A DNA stretch of 63,261 nucleotides, the filler included, from Candidatus Delongbacteria bacterium (lineage in GTDB: Bacteria; UBA4055), in NCBI GenBank assembly GCA_016937995.1. It is 3 parts of 3 records of this genome, joined end to end, with 100 filler letters (N's around TTAATTAATTAA, not from the genome) between each part and the next. Parts side by side here need not be neighbours in the genome. Positions count along the whole stretch, not along the records: positions 30,806 to 58,415 come from JAFGVM010000036.1; positions 58,516 to 63,261 come from JAFGVM010000052.1; 1 more part is not named here. One strand, 5' to 3'. The notes under the pieces are model-generated. The model made no database searches. It was given only the letters and a program-made list of their open reading frames with translations, and was not told where the DNA came from. This document shows, one piece after another, positions 50,716 through 59,876 of the stretch (position 1 is the first letter of the stretch; the number at the start of each line of letters is the position of its first letter). The translations under genes were made by a program, and so were the position numbers.

Positions 50716-51834
50716 TTACAGGAAATTTTTCATTTTCTTTCGGGACGTTGGTTTCACAAAAGGAGAAGTTGTTATTTTTCCTTCAAGGATCCTTTTCTTT
50801 CCTTCCTCATTGAATGTTAATTCTGTTTCTTCAGCCAACTCAACTTTTGACCTTAAGAATCCTATAGGTTTATTCTCAAGTGTTGGAGAGATCACACCGG
50901 ACATCACCGTACCGATAACTTCTTCATTTTTAAGCACATTCCATCCCGGCATTGCTTTACTTCTTCCATCCATAATGAATGGATAAATAAAATAATTAAT
51001 ACCTGACTCTTTTTCTTTTACCAGAACATCTTTACCGATAAAATCATGCTCCCACTCAAATACAAATCCCCATGGTGTACCAACAGCAGGTATTTTAGGA
51101 TGAATTTCATGACCGTGAAGAGGAAGACCCGCTTCAGTTCTTAAAGAATCTCTGGCACCTAAACCGCATGGCTCAATACCGTATTTCCCACCTACCTCTA
51201 GAAGTTTATTCCACAATTCAACAGCGTATTTATTATCACCATAGATCTCAAAACCGATCTCTCCGGTATAACCTGTTCTTGATAATAACACAGGAATTCC
51301 GTCAAGTATAATATTTTCTTTGAATTTGAAGAAACCGAATTTGTCGACTGCCTCTTCCCCTCCAAGTTCCTGAATGATCTTTGGGGCATTAGGTCCCTGC
51401 AGATCAAGTTTGAATGTATTATCACTCACATTATTGACCTGAACATTTTCTGAAGCATGTGATCTCAACCATTGAAAGTCCTCTTCTATATTTCCAGCAT
51501 TGACCACCAGCATCCACTTTTCTGTGTTAAACTTGTAAATGATGCAATCATCTATAACACCACCCTGCTCATTAAGCATGAAATTGTACATTGCCTGACC
51601 ATCGGTCATACCTTTTATATCATTTGTTAAAAGATTTGACATCATTTCTTCACTTCCCTGTCCGAATATATCAAATTCACCCATATGGCAAATATCAAAT
51701 AGACCAACGGCATCTCTGGTAGCATGATGCTCCGCACTTTGTCCTTTTCCATACCACAACGGCATTTCCCAGCCGGCAAAATCAACCATTTTACCACCAA
51801 GTTTTACATGCTCGTCATACAAAATAGTCTTCAT
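50716..51834 (-). CDS. gcvT: Glycine cleavage system aminomethyltransferase T
   Basis: KMVDFAGWEMP, GLFDICHMGE, SRTGYTGEIGFE, GLGARDSLRTEAG; ATG 51834 after AGGAG. Confidence 0.93.
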   Translation of the reverse strand: MKTILYDEHVKLGGKMVDFAGWEMPLWYGKGQSAEHHATRDAVGLFDICHMGEFDIFGQGSEEMMSNLLTNDIKGMTDGQAMYNFMLNEQGGVIDDCIIYKFNTEKWMLVVNAGNIEEDFQWLRSHASENVQVNNVSDNTFKLDLQGPNAPKIIQELGGEEAVDKFGFFKFKENIILDGIPVLLSRTGYTGEIGFEIYGDNKYAVELWNKLLEVGGKYGIEPCGLGARDSLRTEAGLPLHGHEIHPKIPAVGTPWGFVFEWEHDFIGKDVLVKEKESGINYFIYPFIMDGRSKAMPGWNVLKNEEVIGTVMSGVISPTLENKPIGFLRSKVELAEETELTFNEEGKKRILEGKITTSPFVKPTSRKKMKNFL

Positions 51835-51941
51835 TCTTCTCTCCTGTATATCATACATTATTATTGAATTTCAAATTCGAATTTAAAGATTATTATAAGA
51901 AATTGCAAAATAATTATTTGCATCAATTTAAACTGTTAAAT

Positions 51942-51970
51942 AAAAAAAGGAACGCATTTCTGCATTCCTT
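51942..51970 (-). terminator. Rho-independent terminator after the DUF1015 gene
   Basis: Minus strand AAGGAATGCA..TGCGTTCCTT followed by a T-run. Confidence 0.65.
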
Positions 51971-52034
51971 AAAAAAAGATGAAATTTTGTTCTGGCTGTT
52001 TATAATACGAATTTTATAAACAGTCATTAGTTCA

Positions 52035-53282
52035 TTAGTCCTCAAGACTATGAACTAATAGGCCTGAACGCAATTTAGGTTCGAACCAGGTAGACTTAGG
52101 CGGCATGACCTTACCAGCATCAGCAATATTCATCAATTCTTCGATCGAAGTCGGGTGCATAGCGAATGCAACCTGGAATTTTCCACTGTTAACGAGTCTT
52201 TCAAGCTCCCCTAAACCTCTTATCCCTCCGATAAAATCTACTTCATCGCTTGTTCTAGGGTCTGCAATACCAAAGAAAGGATCTAGCAGATTGTTCTGTA
52301 GAACAGCAATATCCAATGAATTTACAGGATCGTTCTTTACAACATACTCATCTCTGATAGTAAGCTTATACCACTCATTTTTATAGTACATTCCAACTCT
52401 GCCTTTGCAACATGGCTTATATTTATCTGCTCCCTTCTTTTCCACTTCAAATATTTTTTCTACAGCTGCGAACATTTCTTCTTCTGTATGTCCGTTCAGG
52501 TTCTTGAGAACTCTATTGTAATCCATTATCATAAGTTGTTCATCAGGAAAAAGAACTGACAAGAAATAGTTATATTCTTCATTTCCAGTGTGGTTTGGAT
52601 TAGCTTCCTTTCTTCTGTTAGCTACAATCGCAGCAGAAGCTGATCTGTGATGACCGTCAGCAACATATAAAAAGTTCAATTTCGCAAATTCAACTATAAG
52701 CTTATCACTTAATTCATCATTTTCAATGATCCATACTGTATGACCGATACCGTCAGTCGCTACAAAATCATATACAGGAGTTTCTTTTACAGCTTCAGCT
52801 ACCAGATCATCAATAGACTTCTGAGCTCTGTAAGTTAAGAAAATAGGACCGGCATTAACATTTGTAGTGTCAACGTGCTTGATTCTGTCATTCTCTTTCA
52901 CTTTTCTCGTATGCTCATGCTTCTTTATCACATCATCATCATAGTCTTTTGCACTGCAGCATCCAACTATACCGTACTGCTCTTTTCCGTTCATGGTCTG
53001 ACGGTAAATGTAAAGCTTATCACTGGCTTCTTTTATCAAAGTCCCTTCTGCAATAAATCTATTAAGGTTGTTCTTTGCTGTCTGATAAACTTCTTCAGAG
53101 TATAGATCTGTTCCTACGGGTAGGTCAACTTCCGGTTTTACAACGTGAAGAAAAGAATATTCGTTATCTTTTGTTAATTCTCTTGCCTCTTCACTGTTAA
53201 GAACATCATAAGGAAAACTTGCAACTTTTTCTTCCAGACCTTTCTTTGGTCTTATAGCTTTGAATTTTCTTAAAACTGCCAT
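52035..53282 (-). CDS. DUF1015 family protein
   Basis: PYDV, IKKHEHT, YVADGHHR, MPPKSTWFEPKLRSGL. Confidence 0.92.
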   Translation of the reverse strand: MAVLRKFKAIRPKKGLEEKVASFPYDVLNSEEARELTKDNEYSFLHVVKPEVDLPVGTDLYSEEVYQTAKNNLNRFIAEGTLIKEASDKLYIYRQTMNGKEQYGIVGCCSAKDYDDDVIKKHEHTRKVKENDRIKHVDTTNVNAGPIFLTYRAQKSIDDLVAEAVKETPVYDFVATDGIGHTVWIIENDELSDKLIVEFAKLNFLYVADGHHRSASAAIVANRRKEANPNHTGNEEYNYFLSVLFPDEQLMIMDYNRVLKNLNGHTEEEMFAAVEKIFEVEKKGADKYKPCCKGRVGMYYKNEWYKLTIRDEYVVKNDPVNSLDIAVLQNNLLDPFFGIADPRTSDEVDFIGGIRGLGELERLVNSGKFQVAFAMHPTSIEELMNIADAGKVMPPKSTWFEPKLRSGLLVHSLED

Positions 53283-53327
53283 GTTTGCTCCGTATTATAT
53301 TTCAATTATTATTTTTTTTAGCAATGG

Positions 53328-53356
53328 AATATATTTTTTATATTGATATAGGTCAA
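53328..53356 (-). promoter_or_regulatory. sigma70-like promoter of the DUF1015 gene
   Basis: Minus strand TTGACC-17nt-TATATT. Confidence 0.5.
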
Positions 53357-53377
53357 GAATATTTTTTACAGTTCTGG

Positions 53378-53406
53378 TGCAACCTTTTTCATTTTTCAGA
53401 GTCTAA
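53378..53406 (+). promoter_or_regulatory. Putative ECF sigma promoter of the efflux operon
   Basis: TGCAAC-17nt-GTCTAA resembles sigmaE/sigmaW-type AAC...GTC consensus. Confidence 0.45.
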
Positions 53407-53533
53407 TATACTGTCAGGATTAAAAATAAAGATTTTTTGTTTATGATAACAGGAAAAGAGTATATATATTTACTATGTAGAGACAAAACACAATGTCCCT
53501 TGGATATAAAAAACAAATAATATCAGGATAAAA

Positions 53534-54805
53534 ATGAAAAATAAGAAAAAGAAGTTCGTCTGGTTGATCATAATTTTGATCGTTGCAAGCATTGTTTATA
53601 AAATAGCTACCAAGAAAGAAGAGATCACGACAATTGAATCTGACACAGTTAAGAAGAGAGTTATCGTTAAAACTATCTCAGCTTCAGGTATTGTTGAACC
53701 TATTAAAACTGTAAATATTTCTTCTGAAATTGCTGCGAACATTAAAAGATTACTGGTAAAAGAGGGCGATATCGTAAAAAAGGGTGATCTTCTTCTTGAA
53801 CTTGACAGAAAGAATATTGAAGCAGAAGTTGAGCAGCAGAAAGCAGCTTTGGCACAGCAGAAGTATAATTCTAAAATGGCTGGATCCAGGCTCAAACAGG
53901 CGGAATTGGATTATGACAACAAGGTAAAGTTAAAGAACAGTAATTTTCTCTCTGAGACAGACTTTGAAAATGTAAAACTGAACCTTGATATTGCCAGAAC
54001 AAGCTATGAATCATCTCTAGAGAGTATAAAACTTCAGGAAGCATATCTTGAACAATCCAGGGACAGGCTGAATAAAACTAATTTTTATGCACCTATGGAC
54101 GGTCTTGTTTCAAAAATTTATAAAGAAGAAGGTGAAATGGTCCTTGGTAGTCAGTTCAATACAGACATCGTCTTAAATATTGTTAATGTAAAAGAGCTGC
54201 AGGTCAATATTGAAGTTGATGAGAATGATGTACCTTTAATATCTTTAGGTGATTCTGTAAAAGTCACTGTTGATGCTCTTCCTGATACTGTGTTTAAAGG
54301 TATCGTAACAGAGATAGGAAATTCTCCCGCATTCCTCGGCAGTTCAGAAAGATCAGTTGCATATAAGGTTATGGTCAAAATGCTCACAAAAGATCAGGGT
54401 ATTAAACCCGGTATGACATCTTATACAGAGATAATCACAGATGTTGTAAATGATGTTGTATCCATTCCTATTCAGGCTTTGGCACGTAGAAAATATTCTG
54501 AGTTGAACAATGGGGATAAAGAAAATGAAAAAATTACTGAAGAGGAAACTGAAAAAGGTATAGTCTGGTCTAATGAAAGTGAGTATGCTGATGTGGTATT
54601 TAAATTGAGACCGAAGGGTCCTGATAATATATATAATGTAGAAACTGTTCAGGTAAGAACAGGTATCGCAAACAACAGGTTCATAGAAATTACTGACGGG
54701 CTTGAAGAAGGTGATCTGATCGTTATCGGAAATTATAAGACCATCAGTAAGGTGCTTAAATCTGAAATGGAAGTTAAAGATACAGTTGAGAAGGAAAACA
54801 AATAA
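53534..54805 (+). CDS. Efflux periplasmic adaptor (MacA-like)
   Basis: N-terminal [33 protein letters not shown]. Confidence 0.9.
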   Translation: MKNKKKKFVWLIIILIVASIVYKIATKKEEITTIESDTVKKRVIVKTISASGIVEPIKTVNISSEIAANIKRLLVKEGDIVKKGDLLLELDRKNIEAEVEQQKAALAQQKYNSKMAGSRLKQAELDYDNKVKLKNSNFLSETDFENVKLNLDIARTSYESSLESIKLQEAYLEQSRDRLNKTNFYAPMDGLVSKIYKEEGEMVLGSQFNTDIVLNIVNVKELQVNIEVDENDVPLISLGDSVKVTVDALPDTVFKGIVTEIGNSPAFLGSSERSVAYKVMVKMLTKDQGIKPGMTSYTEIITDVVNDVVSIPIQALARRKYSELNNGDKENEKITEEETEKGIVWSNESEYADVVFKLRPKGPDNIYNVETVQVRTGIANNRFIEITDGLEEGDLIVIGNYKTISKVLKSEMEVKDTVEKENK

Positions 54806-55512
54806 TGGAAGAAATTTTGATCAAGATAGAAGATATCAGAAAAACATATACTCCGGGAAAAGAAAAGATCCATGCACTTGACGGTGTGTCTTTGGAGATC
54901 AAGAAGGGTGAATATATAGCTATTATGGGTGCATCAGGTTCTGGCAAATCAACTTTGATGAACATTATCGGTTGTCTTGATGTTGCTACGAGTGGAAAAT
55001 ATTATTTGAATAAGCATAATGTTGAGAGTTTGAATGATAATGAACTTGCTACGATCAGAAATAAAGAGATCGGATTTGTTTTTCAGACATTTAATCTGCT
55101 GGCAAGATCAACAGCCCTTCATAATGTAGAATTACCTTTAATATATTCAAAAGTTCCTGCCCAGAAAAGAAAGGATAGGGCAATAACCGCATTGAAAAAA
55201 GTAGGTCTTTCTGACAGGATGATGCATAAACCTAATGAACTTTCAGGCGGTCAGAAGCAGAGAGTCGCAGTAGCAAGAGCTTTGATAAACGATCCTTCCA
55301 TTATCTTAGCCGATGAACCTACCGGTAATCTTGACTCTAAGACCAGTATCGAAATAATGAACCTTTTCAATGATCTTCATAAAGAAGGAAATACGATCAT
55401 TGTAGTAACTCATGAACCTGATATCGCTGAATTTGCAAAAAGAGTTATCCATCTGAAAGACGGTAAGATCGAACAGGATTATCTGAATGGGCAAAAACGA
55501 AATAATAATTAA
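54805..55512 (+). CDS. ABC transporter ATP-binding protein (MacB/LolD type)
   Basis: [29 protein letters not shown]. Confidence 0.95.
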   Translation: MEEILIKIEDIRKTYTPGKEKIHALDGVSLEIKKGEYIAIMGASGSGKSTLMNIIGCLDVATSGKYYLNKHNVESLNDNELATIRNKEIGFVFQTFNLLARSTALHNVELPLIYSKVPAQKRKDRAITALKKVGLSDRMMHKPNELSGGQKQRVAVARALINDPSIILADEPTGNLDSKTSIEIMNLFNDLHKEGNTIIVVTHEPDIAEFAKRVIHLKDGKIEQDYLNGQKRNNN

Positions 55513-55518
55513 AGGATC

Positions 55519-55650
55519 TGTCATCCTCGGGCTGGGTACCAGAACCGGGGATCCATAAATAGATCGCTCTGGATATCCGGATCGAGTCCGAATATGACAA
55601 TAAAACTACAAACTCAATGCGTTTCAGGGCACAAGATGTTGTGCCCCTAC
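55519..55650. repeat. Bipartite GTCAT...ATGAC element plus GTAG-REP inside the operon
   Basis: 55570-55599 matches 30252-30281 at 29/30 nt; GGGCACAA-gatg-TTGTGCCC-CTAC at 55627-55650. Confidence 0.8.
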
Positions 55651-55679
55651 TTCTAACCTCTAACTTCTGACTTAAAAAA

Positions 55680-56900
55680 ATGTACTACATCTGGGAATCC
55701 ATTAAAATATCATTAAACATCATCAGAGAGAATAAACTGCGATCGTTCCTGACACTTCTCGGTATCATGATCGGTGTTGCAACAATAATTTTTGTCCATT
55801 CTGTGCTTGTAGGTGCTGAAAAGTTTATTGTACAAGAACTTTCATCGATGGGTTCAAACACTCTTCATATTTCAAAATACTCCTGGATGGGAAGGGACTG
55901 GAGAGTAGAAAGAAAGAGAAAACCTCTGACAATCGAGAATGCAGATTTTATCAGAGATAATTCCAACATGATCGAATATGTCTCCCCTATTATTTATTCC
56001 TGGAGTCATGTTAAATTCGGATCAAATACTCTATCCTACGTTTCACTGATCGGCTCTAATGAATATTACGAATATACATCAGATTCAGCACCGGAATCAG
56101 GTCGTTTTTTTAATTCAGGTGAAGTTGAAAGAAAATCTGATATTGTGTTACTTGGAAGTCAGGTCGCAGATCTTTTATTTGCTGATATCGATCCTGTGGG
56201 TCAGTATGTAAAACTGAACGGAAAAAAATTCTATGTAATAGGTGTTTTGAAAAAAAAAGGTGAGATGTTCGGTAATAATATGGATGAAAAAGTTATAATT
56301 CCGATCACTACTCTTAAAAAATATTTTAATTACAGCAGAAGACATGGTATTGAGATTTCAGTTAAAACAAAAGACCCCACTAAAACAAATGAAACTATTG
56401 ATAATATTACATCTCTGCTCAGAGTAAGCCGGGGGTTAAAGCCTGATGAGGATAATGATTTCAGTATTAATGAAATAAGTCAGATCCTGGATTTTCTGAA
56501 CAAGATCACCGGTTCACTGCAAATACTACTTTTCGTCATAGGTTCCCTTTCTCTTCTTGTAGGTGGAATTGGGATAATGAATATTATGCTTGTTTCAGTT
56601 ACACAGAGAACCAAAGAGATCGGCACCAGAAAAGCTCTCGGTGCTACGAAAAGTCTTATTCTCACACAATTTATAATTGAATCGGTCATTCTTTGCTCTT
56701 TCGGAGGTTTCATGGGAATTATTGCAGGTTTCTCTGTTGCTGCACTTATAAGCAGCTTCACACCTCTACCGTACAGCATCTCTCTAATATCAATGATGAT
56801 CGGTGTCGGTTTTTCAACACTTGTCGGTGTTGTCTTCGGTTATTATCCTGCGAACAAAGCTGCGAAACTGAACCCTATTAACGCTCTAAGGTACGAATAA
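55680..56900 (+). CDS. MacB/FtsX family ABC permease
   Basis: LRSFLTLLGIMIGV, GGIGIMNIMLVSVTQRTKEIG, LNPINALRYE. Confidence 0.93.
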   Translation: MYYIWESIKISLNIIRENKLRSFLTLLGIMIGVATIIFVHSVLVGAEKFIVQELSSMGSNTLHISKYSWMGRDWRVERKRKPLTIENADFIRDNSNMIEYVSPIIYSWSHVKFGSNTLSYVSLIGSNEYYEYTSDSAPESGRFFNSGEVERKSDIVLLGSQVADLLFADIDPVGQYVKLNGKKFYVIGVLKKKGEMFGNNMDEKVIIPITTLKKYFNYSRRHGIEISVKTKDPTKTNETIDNITSLLRVSRGLKPDEDNDFSINEISQILDFLNKITGSLQILLFVIGSLSLLVGGIGIMNIMLVSVTQRTKEIGTRKALGATKSLILTQFIIESVILCSFGGFMGIIAGFSVAALISSFTPLPYSISLISMMIGVGFSTLVGVVFGYYPANKAAKLNPINALRYE

Positions 56901-58120
56901 TGATACTTGACCTTCTAAAAATAGCTGTATCATCTATCTTTAAGAACAAGATGCGTTCCTTTTTAACTATGCTTGGTATTATAATAGGTATCATGGTGAT
57001 AATTCTTATGCAGGCTGCTATTGAAGGATTCAGAAGTGAAATGCAGAAAGAGATCAATAAACTCGGTGCTGCAAGTTTCTTTATTACCAAAAGACCTACC
57101 ATGGGTGGTGATCACGACTGGAAAAAATACTGGAAGAGACCGAATATTACTTTTGATTATGCTGAAAAGATAGAGAATTCATGTAACAGTGTTGAGATAG
57201 TGATACCTTTGCTTAGAAAATGGGGTCAGGAAGTTAAATTCGGTAATAAGAAGACTGAGCAGAATATTACAGTCAACGGTGCTACAGATAACTGGTTACA
57301 GCTTTCTGGTTATGATATTGAATCAGGTCGATATTTCACAGGTACTGAACTGAATGAAGGTATCGAAAATGTTATTATTGGTAAAAGTGTTCAGAATAAA
57401 CTATTCGAATTTATTGATCCGATCGATCAATATGTATTTATCAGAGGATTAAGATTTAAAGTTATCGGTGTTTTCTCAGAAAAAGGTAAAAGTTTCGGTC
57501 AAGATCAGGATAACTTTGTCGCTATTTCAGCTCATCATTTTCAGAGAATGTTCGGCAAGGACAGGAATGTTGATCTACTGGTAGCTGCAAAGGATCAGAC
57601 TCTTCTTTCCAGAGCTGTAGATGAAACCATTGTTGCTTTAAGAAGGATGAGAAATTTAAGGTCAGATGATGAAAATGATTTCGAGATCACTACTAAAGAT
57701 GAAATTGCTACTAAGATGAATAACATTATTGCCATTATCTATCTTGCAGCTTTGTCTATTGGTGGAATGTCTCTGGTAGTCGGCAGTATCGGTATTATGA
57801 ATATTATGCTGGTTTCTATAACTGAAAGAACAAAAGAGATCGGTCTGAGAAGATCTGTCGGAGCAAATAAAAATAATATCATGGTTCAATTTTTAATAGA
57901 AGCGGTGATCTTGAGTCTTTTCGGTGGATCTTTCGGTATCGGAGCCGGTGTAGGAATTTCAAAACTTGTTTCTACATTTTCAAAGATATCTACCGTTGCA
58001 CCTCTCTGGACGATAATGACAGCTTTCTCTGTATCAGTCCTTATAGGATTAGTCGCAGGAATCTATCCTGCCATGAAAGCCGGGAAGCTGAATCCGATCG
58101 ATGCTCTACGGCAGGAGTAG
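56900..58120 (+). CDS. MacB/FtsX family ABC permease
   Basis: MRSFLTMLGIIIG, IMNIMLVSITERTKEIG, LNPIDALRQE. Confidence 0.93.
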   Translation: MILDLLKIAVSSIFKNKMRSFLTMLGIIIGIMVIILMQAAIEGFRSEMQKEINKLGAASFFITKRPTMGGDHDWKKYWKRPNITFDYAEKIENSCNSVEIVIPLLRKWGQEVKFGNKKTEQNITVNGATDNWLQLSGYDIESGRYFTGTELNEGIENVIIGKSVQNKLFEFIDPIDQYVFIRGLRFKVIGVFSEKGKSFGQDQDNFVAISAHHFQRMFGKDRNVDLLVAAKDQTLLSRAVDETIVALRRMRNLRSDDENDFEITTKDEIATKMNNIIAIIYLAALSIGGMSLVVGSIGIMNIMLVSITERTKEIGLRRSVGANKNNIMVQFLIEAVILSLFGGSFGIGAGVGISKLVSTFSKISTVAPLWTIMTAFSVSVLIGLVAGIYPAMKAGKLNPIDALRQE

Positions 58121-58123
58121 GCA

Positions 58124-58414
58124 TTACCAATCCAATGGATTATCACGAATGTATTTCCTAATTGAATACAATTCTTTTTCATTTCTGATAATATGATCGT
58201 GGAATGATCTTTGCCATTTGAATGTGGATTTATATTTTATTTGTTTTATTTCACGCGATACATTTGATTTAAATGAACGAATCATTTCACCCAAACCATG
58301 TCGTTTATTAACTTGTTTTAATCGGTTTTGGAAATATTGCGTATTATTGGAAACCGTAGGGGACGATTCCCATTCGTCCCCTCTTCTAATGGCGTCCTGT
58401 TTAAAAATGTTGTC
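58124..58414 (-). mobile_element. REP-associated tyrosine transposase (RAYT, IS200-like HUH Y1), 3' part; 5' lost in gap
   Basis: Manual minus-strand translation DNIFKQDAIRRGDEWESSPT...GLGEMIRSFKSNVSREIK...KWQRSFHDHIIRNEKELYSIRKYIRDNPLDW*; not in ORF track. Confidence 0.9.
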
Positions 58415-58415
58415 C

Positions 58416-58515
58416 NNNNNNNNNNNNNNNNNNNNNNNNNNNNNNNNNNNNNNNNNNNNTTAATTAATTAANNNNNNNNNNNNNNNNNNNNNNNNNNNNN
58501 NNNNNNNNNNNNNNN
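58416..58515. other. Artificial contig linker
   Basis: N44-TTAATTAATTAA-N44. Confidence 0.98.
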
Positions 58516-58516
58516 A

Positions 58517-58651
58517 CTTGGAATGAAAGAGAACCGTTTCGGGTTCGAAGCCCTCTGCAATGTCGAAAAACAAAGCGTATTCTCGCAATTTGAGATAGTA
58601 GTCGAAAAACCGACCCTCGAGCAGATGATGGTCTATATGCAGAACAAGTAA
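58517..58651 (+). CDS. 3' end of an ABC-2 type ATP-binding protein (partial)
   Basis: LGMKENRFGFEALC...IVVEKPTLEQMMVYMQNK*; typical C-terminus of YtrB-like ATPases; followed by permeases. Confidence 0.7.
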   Translation, partial: LGMKENRFGFEALCNVEKQSVFSQFEIVVEKPTLEQMMVYMQNK

Positions 58652-58663
58652 AAGCGAGGAGGT

Positions 58664-59876
58664 AAGTAAAATGAAAAATCTAATTATGGCAGACTTGAAG
58701 GTACTTGGAAACAGATTGTGGTCGGTCCCGCTTGGAGTGTTCGTATTAACAATAATCAGCGCGTTATTTCTCAAAGATTACAATGATAGTATAATGTTTA
58801 TCAACACAGCCATAATACCTATTATATTTGTAGTGCTTAGTTACATCCTGATGCATTATTCAGAGAACAAAAGGCTTCATAATGAGATCGGATCACTTCC
58901 CTGCAGTTCTTTTTCACTCGTACTCGAGAAGTATGTAACAGTATTAATATTTCTTGGCATCGGTTTTATTACTAATACGGTTTACCTGATTTCTGTCGGC
59001 ACTTTCCAAAAAATTAATTATAATGATGTAACTACCGTGTTGATAGTAAATATAACAGTAATAATTACATTATCTCTGCTCGCAATACCATTATTTTTCA
59101 AGTCCAAATCTGCTAAAACAGCATTCTTCGGTACAATTATCTGGATTGCAGGTCTTGCAACGCTATTCGGAACAGTATTAATAAAACTCCCTCCATTTAG
59201 GGACGGTATTTATAAGAATATCTTTATTATATCCGCTCTATTTATCATAAGTGTTCTGGCTATGATAATAATCTATTTTAAAGATAAAGGGTCAGGTGTC
59301 ACACTAGAAAAAGTATTGATCTTACCAGTATTTTCAGTTTTGCCTGTAACCTTATTTGCTTTAATACCAACAATTGTGGATACTATCAATCAGTCATTAC
59401 TTTACAATTTCATGCTACCCGGTTTTAAAAGGATGTACTTAAATCAAGAGAGTGCATCAGATATTTTAGCAAGCTCTTACCGGATCAGCCAGTTGAGTGA
59501 TCAGATGAGTTATTTGCTACTTAACGGAATTTCATCAATAGTGTTGCTTGGTGTTCTTATCTTCGTATGGAAAAGAGGAAATATTAAAGATATGATCAGA
59601 AATGCCGTATTGATCTTTCTTCCTCTTTTCTTTTTAGCAATAGAGATATCATTACTGTTGAGTGTCTATATCGTTGAGATAATATTATCGGGTAACAGCC
59701 CCAGAATAGAAATTGACGGAGCCTGGTTCATAGCCCACATCATCGTATTTATTCCCATGCTGTTAGTCTCATTCCATTACTCCAAAAAGTTTTTAACGGA
59801 AGGAGGAAAGTAAAATGAAAAATCTAATTATGGCAGACTTGAAGGTACTTGGAAACAGATTGTGGTCGGTCCCGCT
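58664..59876 (+). repeat. 69-bp perfect direct repeat (58664-58732 and 59808-59876) covering the starts of two permease genes
   Basis: AAGTAAAATGAAAAATCTAATTATGGCAGACTTGAAGGTACTTGGAAACAGATTGTGGTCGGTCCCGCT occurs twice, each after AGGAGG. Confidence 0.95.
58671..59813 (+). CDS. ABC-2 family permease-like membrane protein
   Basis: Polytopic; SLPCSSFSLVLEKY motif; AGGAGG RBS. Confidence 0.75.
   Translation: MKNLIMADLKVLGNRLWSVPLGVFVLTIISALFLKDYNDSIMFINTAIIPIIFVVLSYILMHYSENKRLHNEIGSLPCSSFSLVLEKYVTVLIFLGIGFITNTVYLISVGTFQKINYNDVTTVLIVNITVIITLSLLAIPLFFKSKSAKTAFFGTIIWIAGLATLFGTVLIKLPPFRDGIYKNIFIISALFIISVLAMIIIYFKDKGSGVTLEKVLILPVFSVLPVTLFALIPTIVDTINQSLLYNFMLPGFKRMYLNQESASDILASSYRISQLSDQMSYLLLNGISSIVLLGVLIFVWKRGNIKDMIRNAVLIFLPLFFLAIEISLLLSVYIVEIILSGNSPRIEIDGAWFIAHIIVFIPMLLVSFHYSKKFLTEGGK

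Noticed and set aside
51835..52034. Glycine riboswitch upstream of gcvT
   Set aside because: The leader is short and AT-rich with only simple hairpins; no recognisable aptamer core
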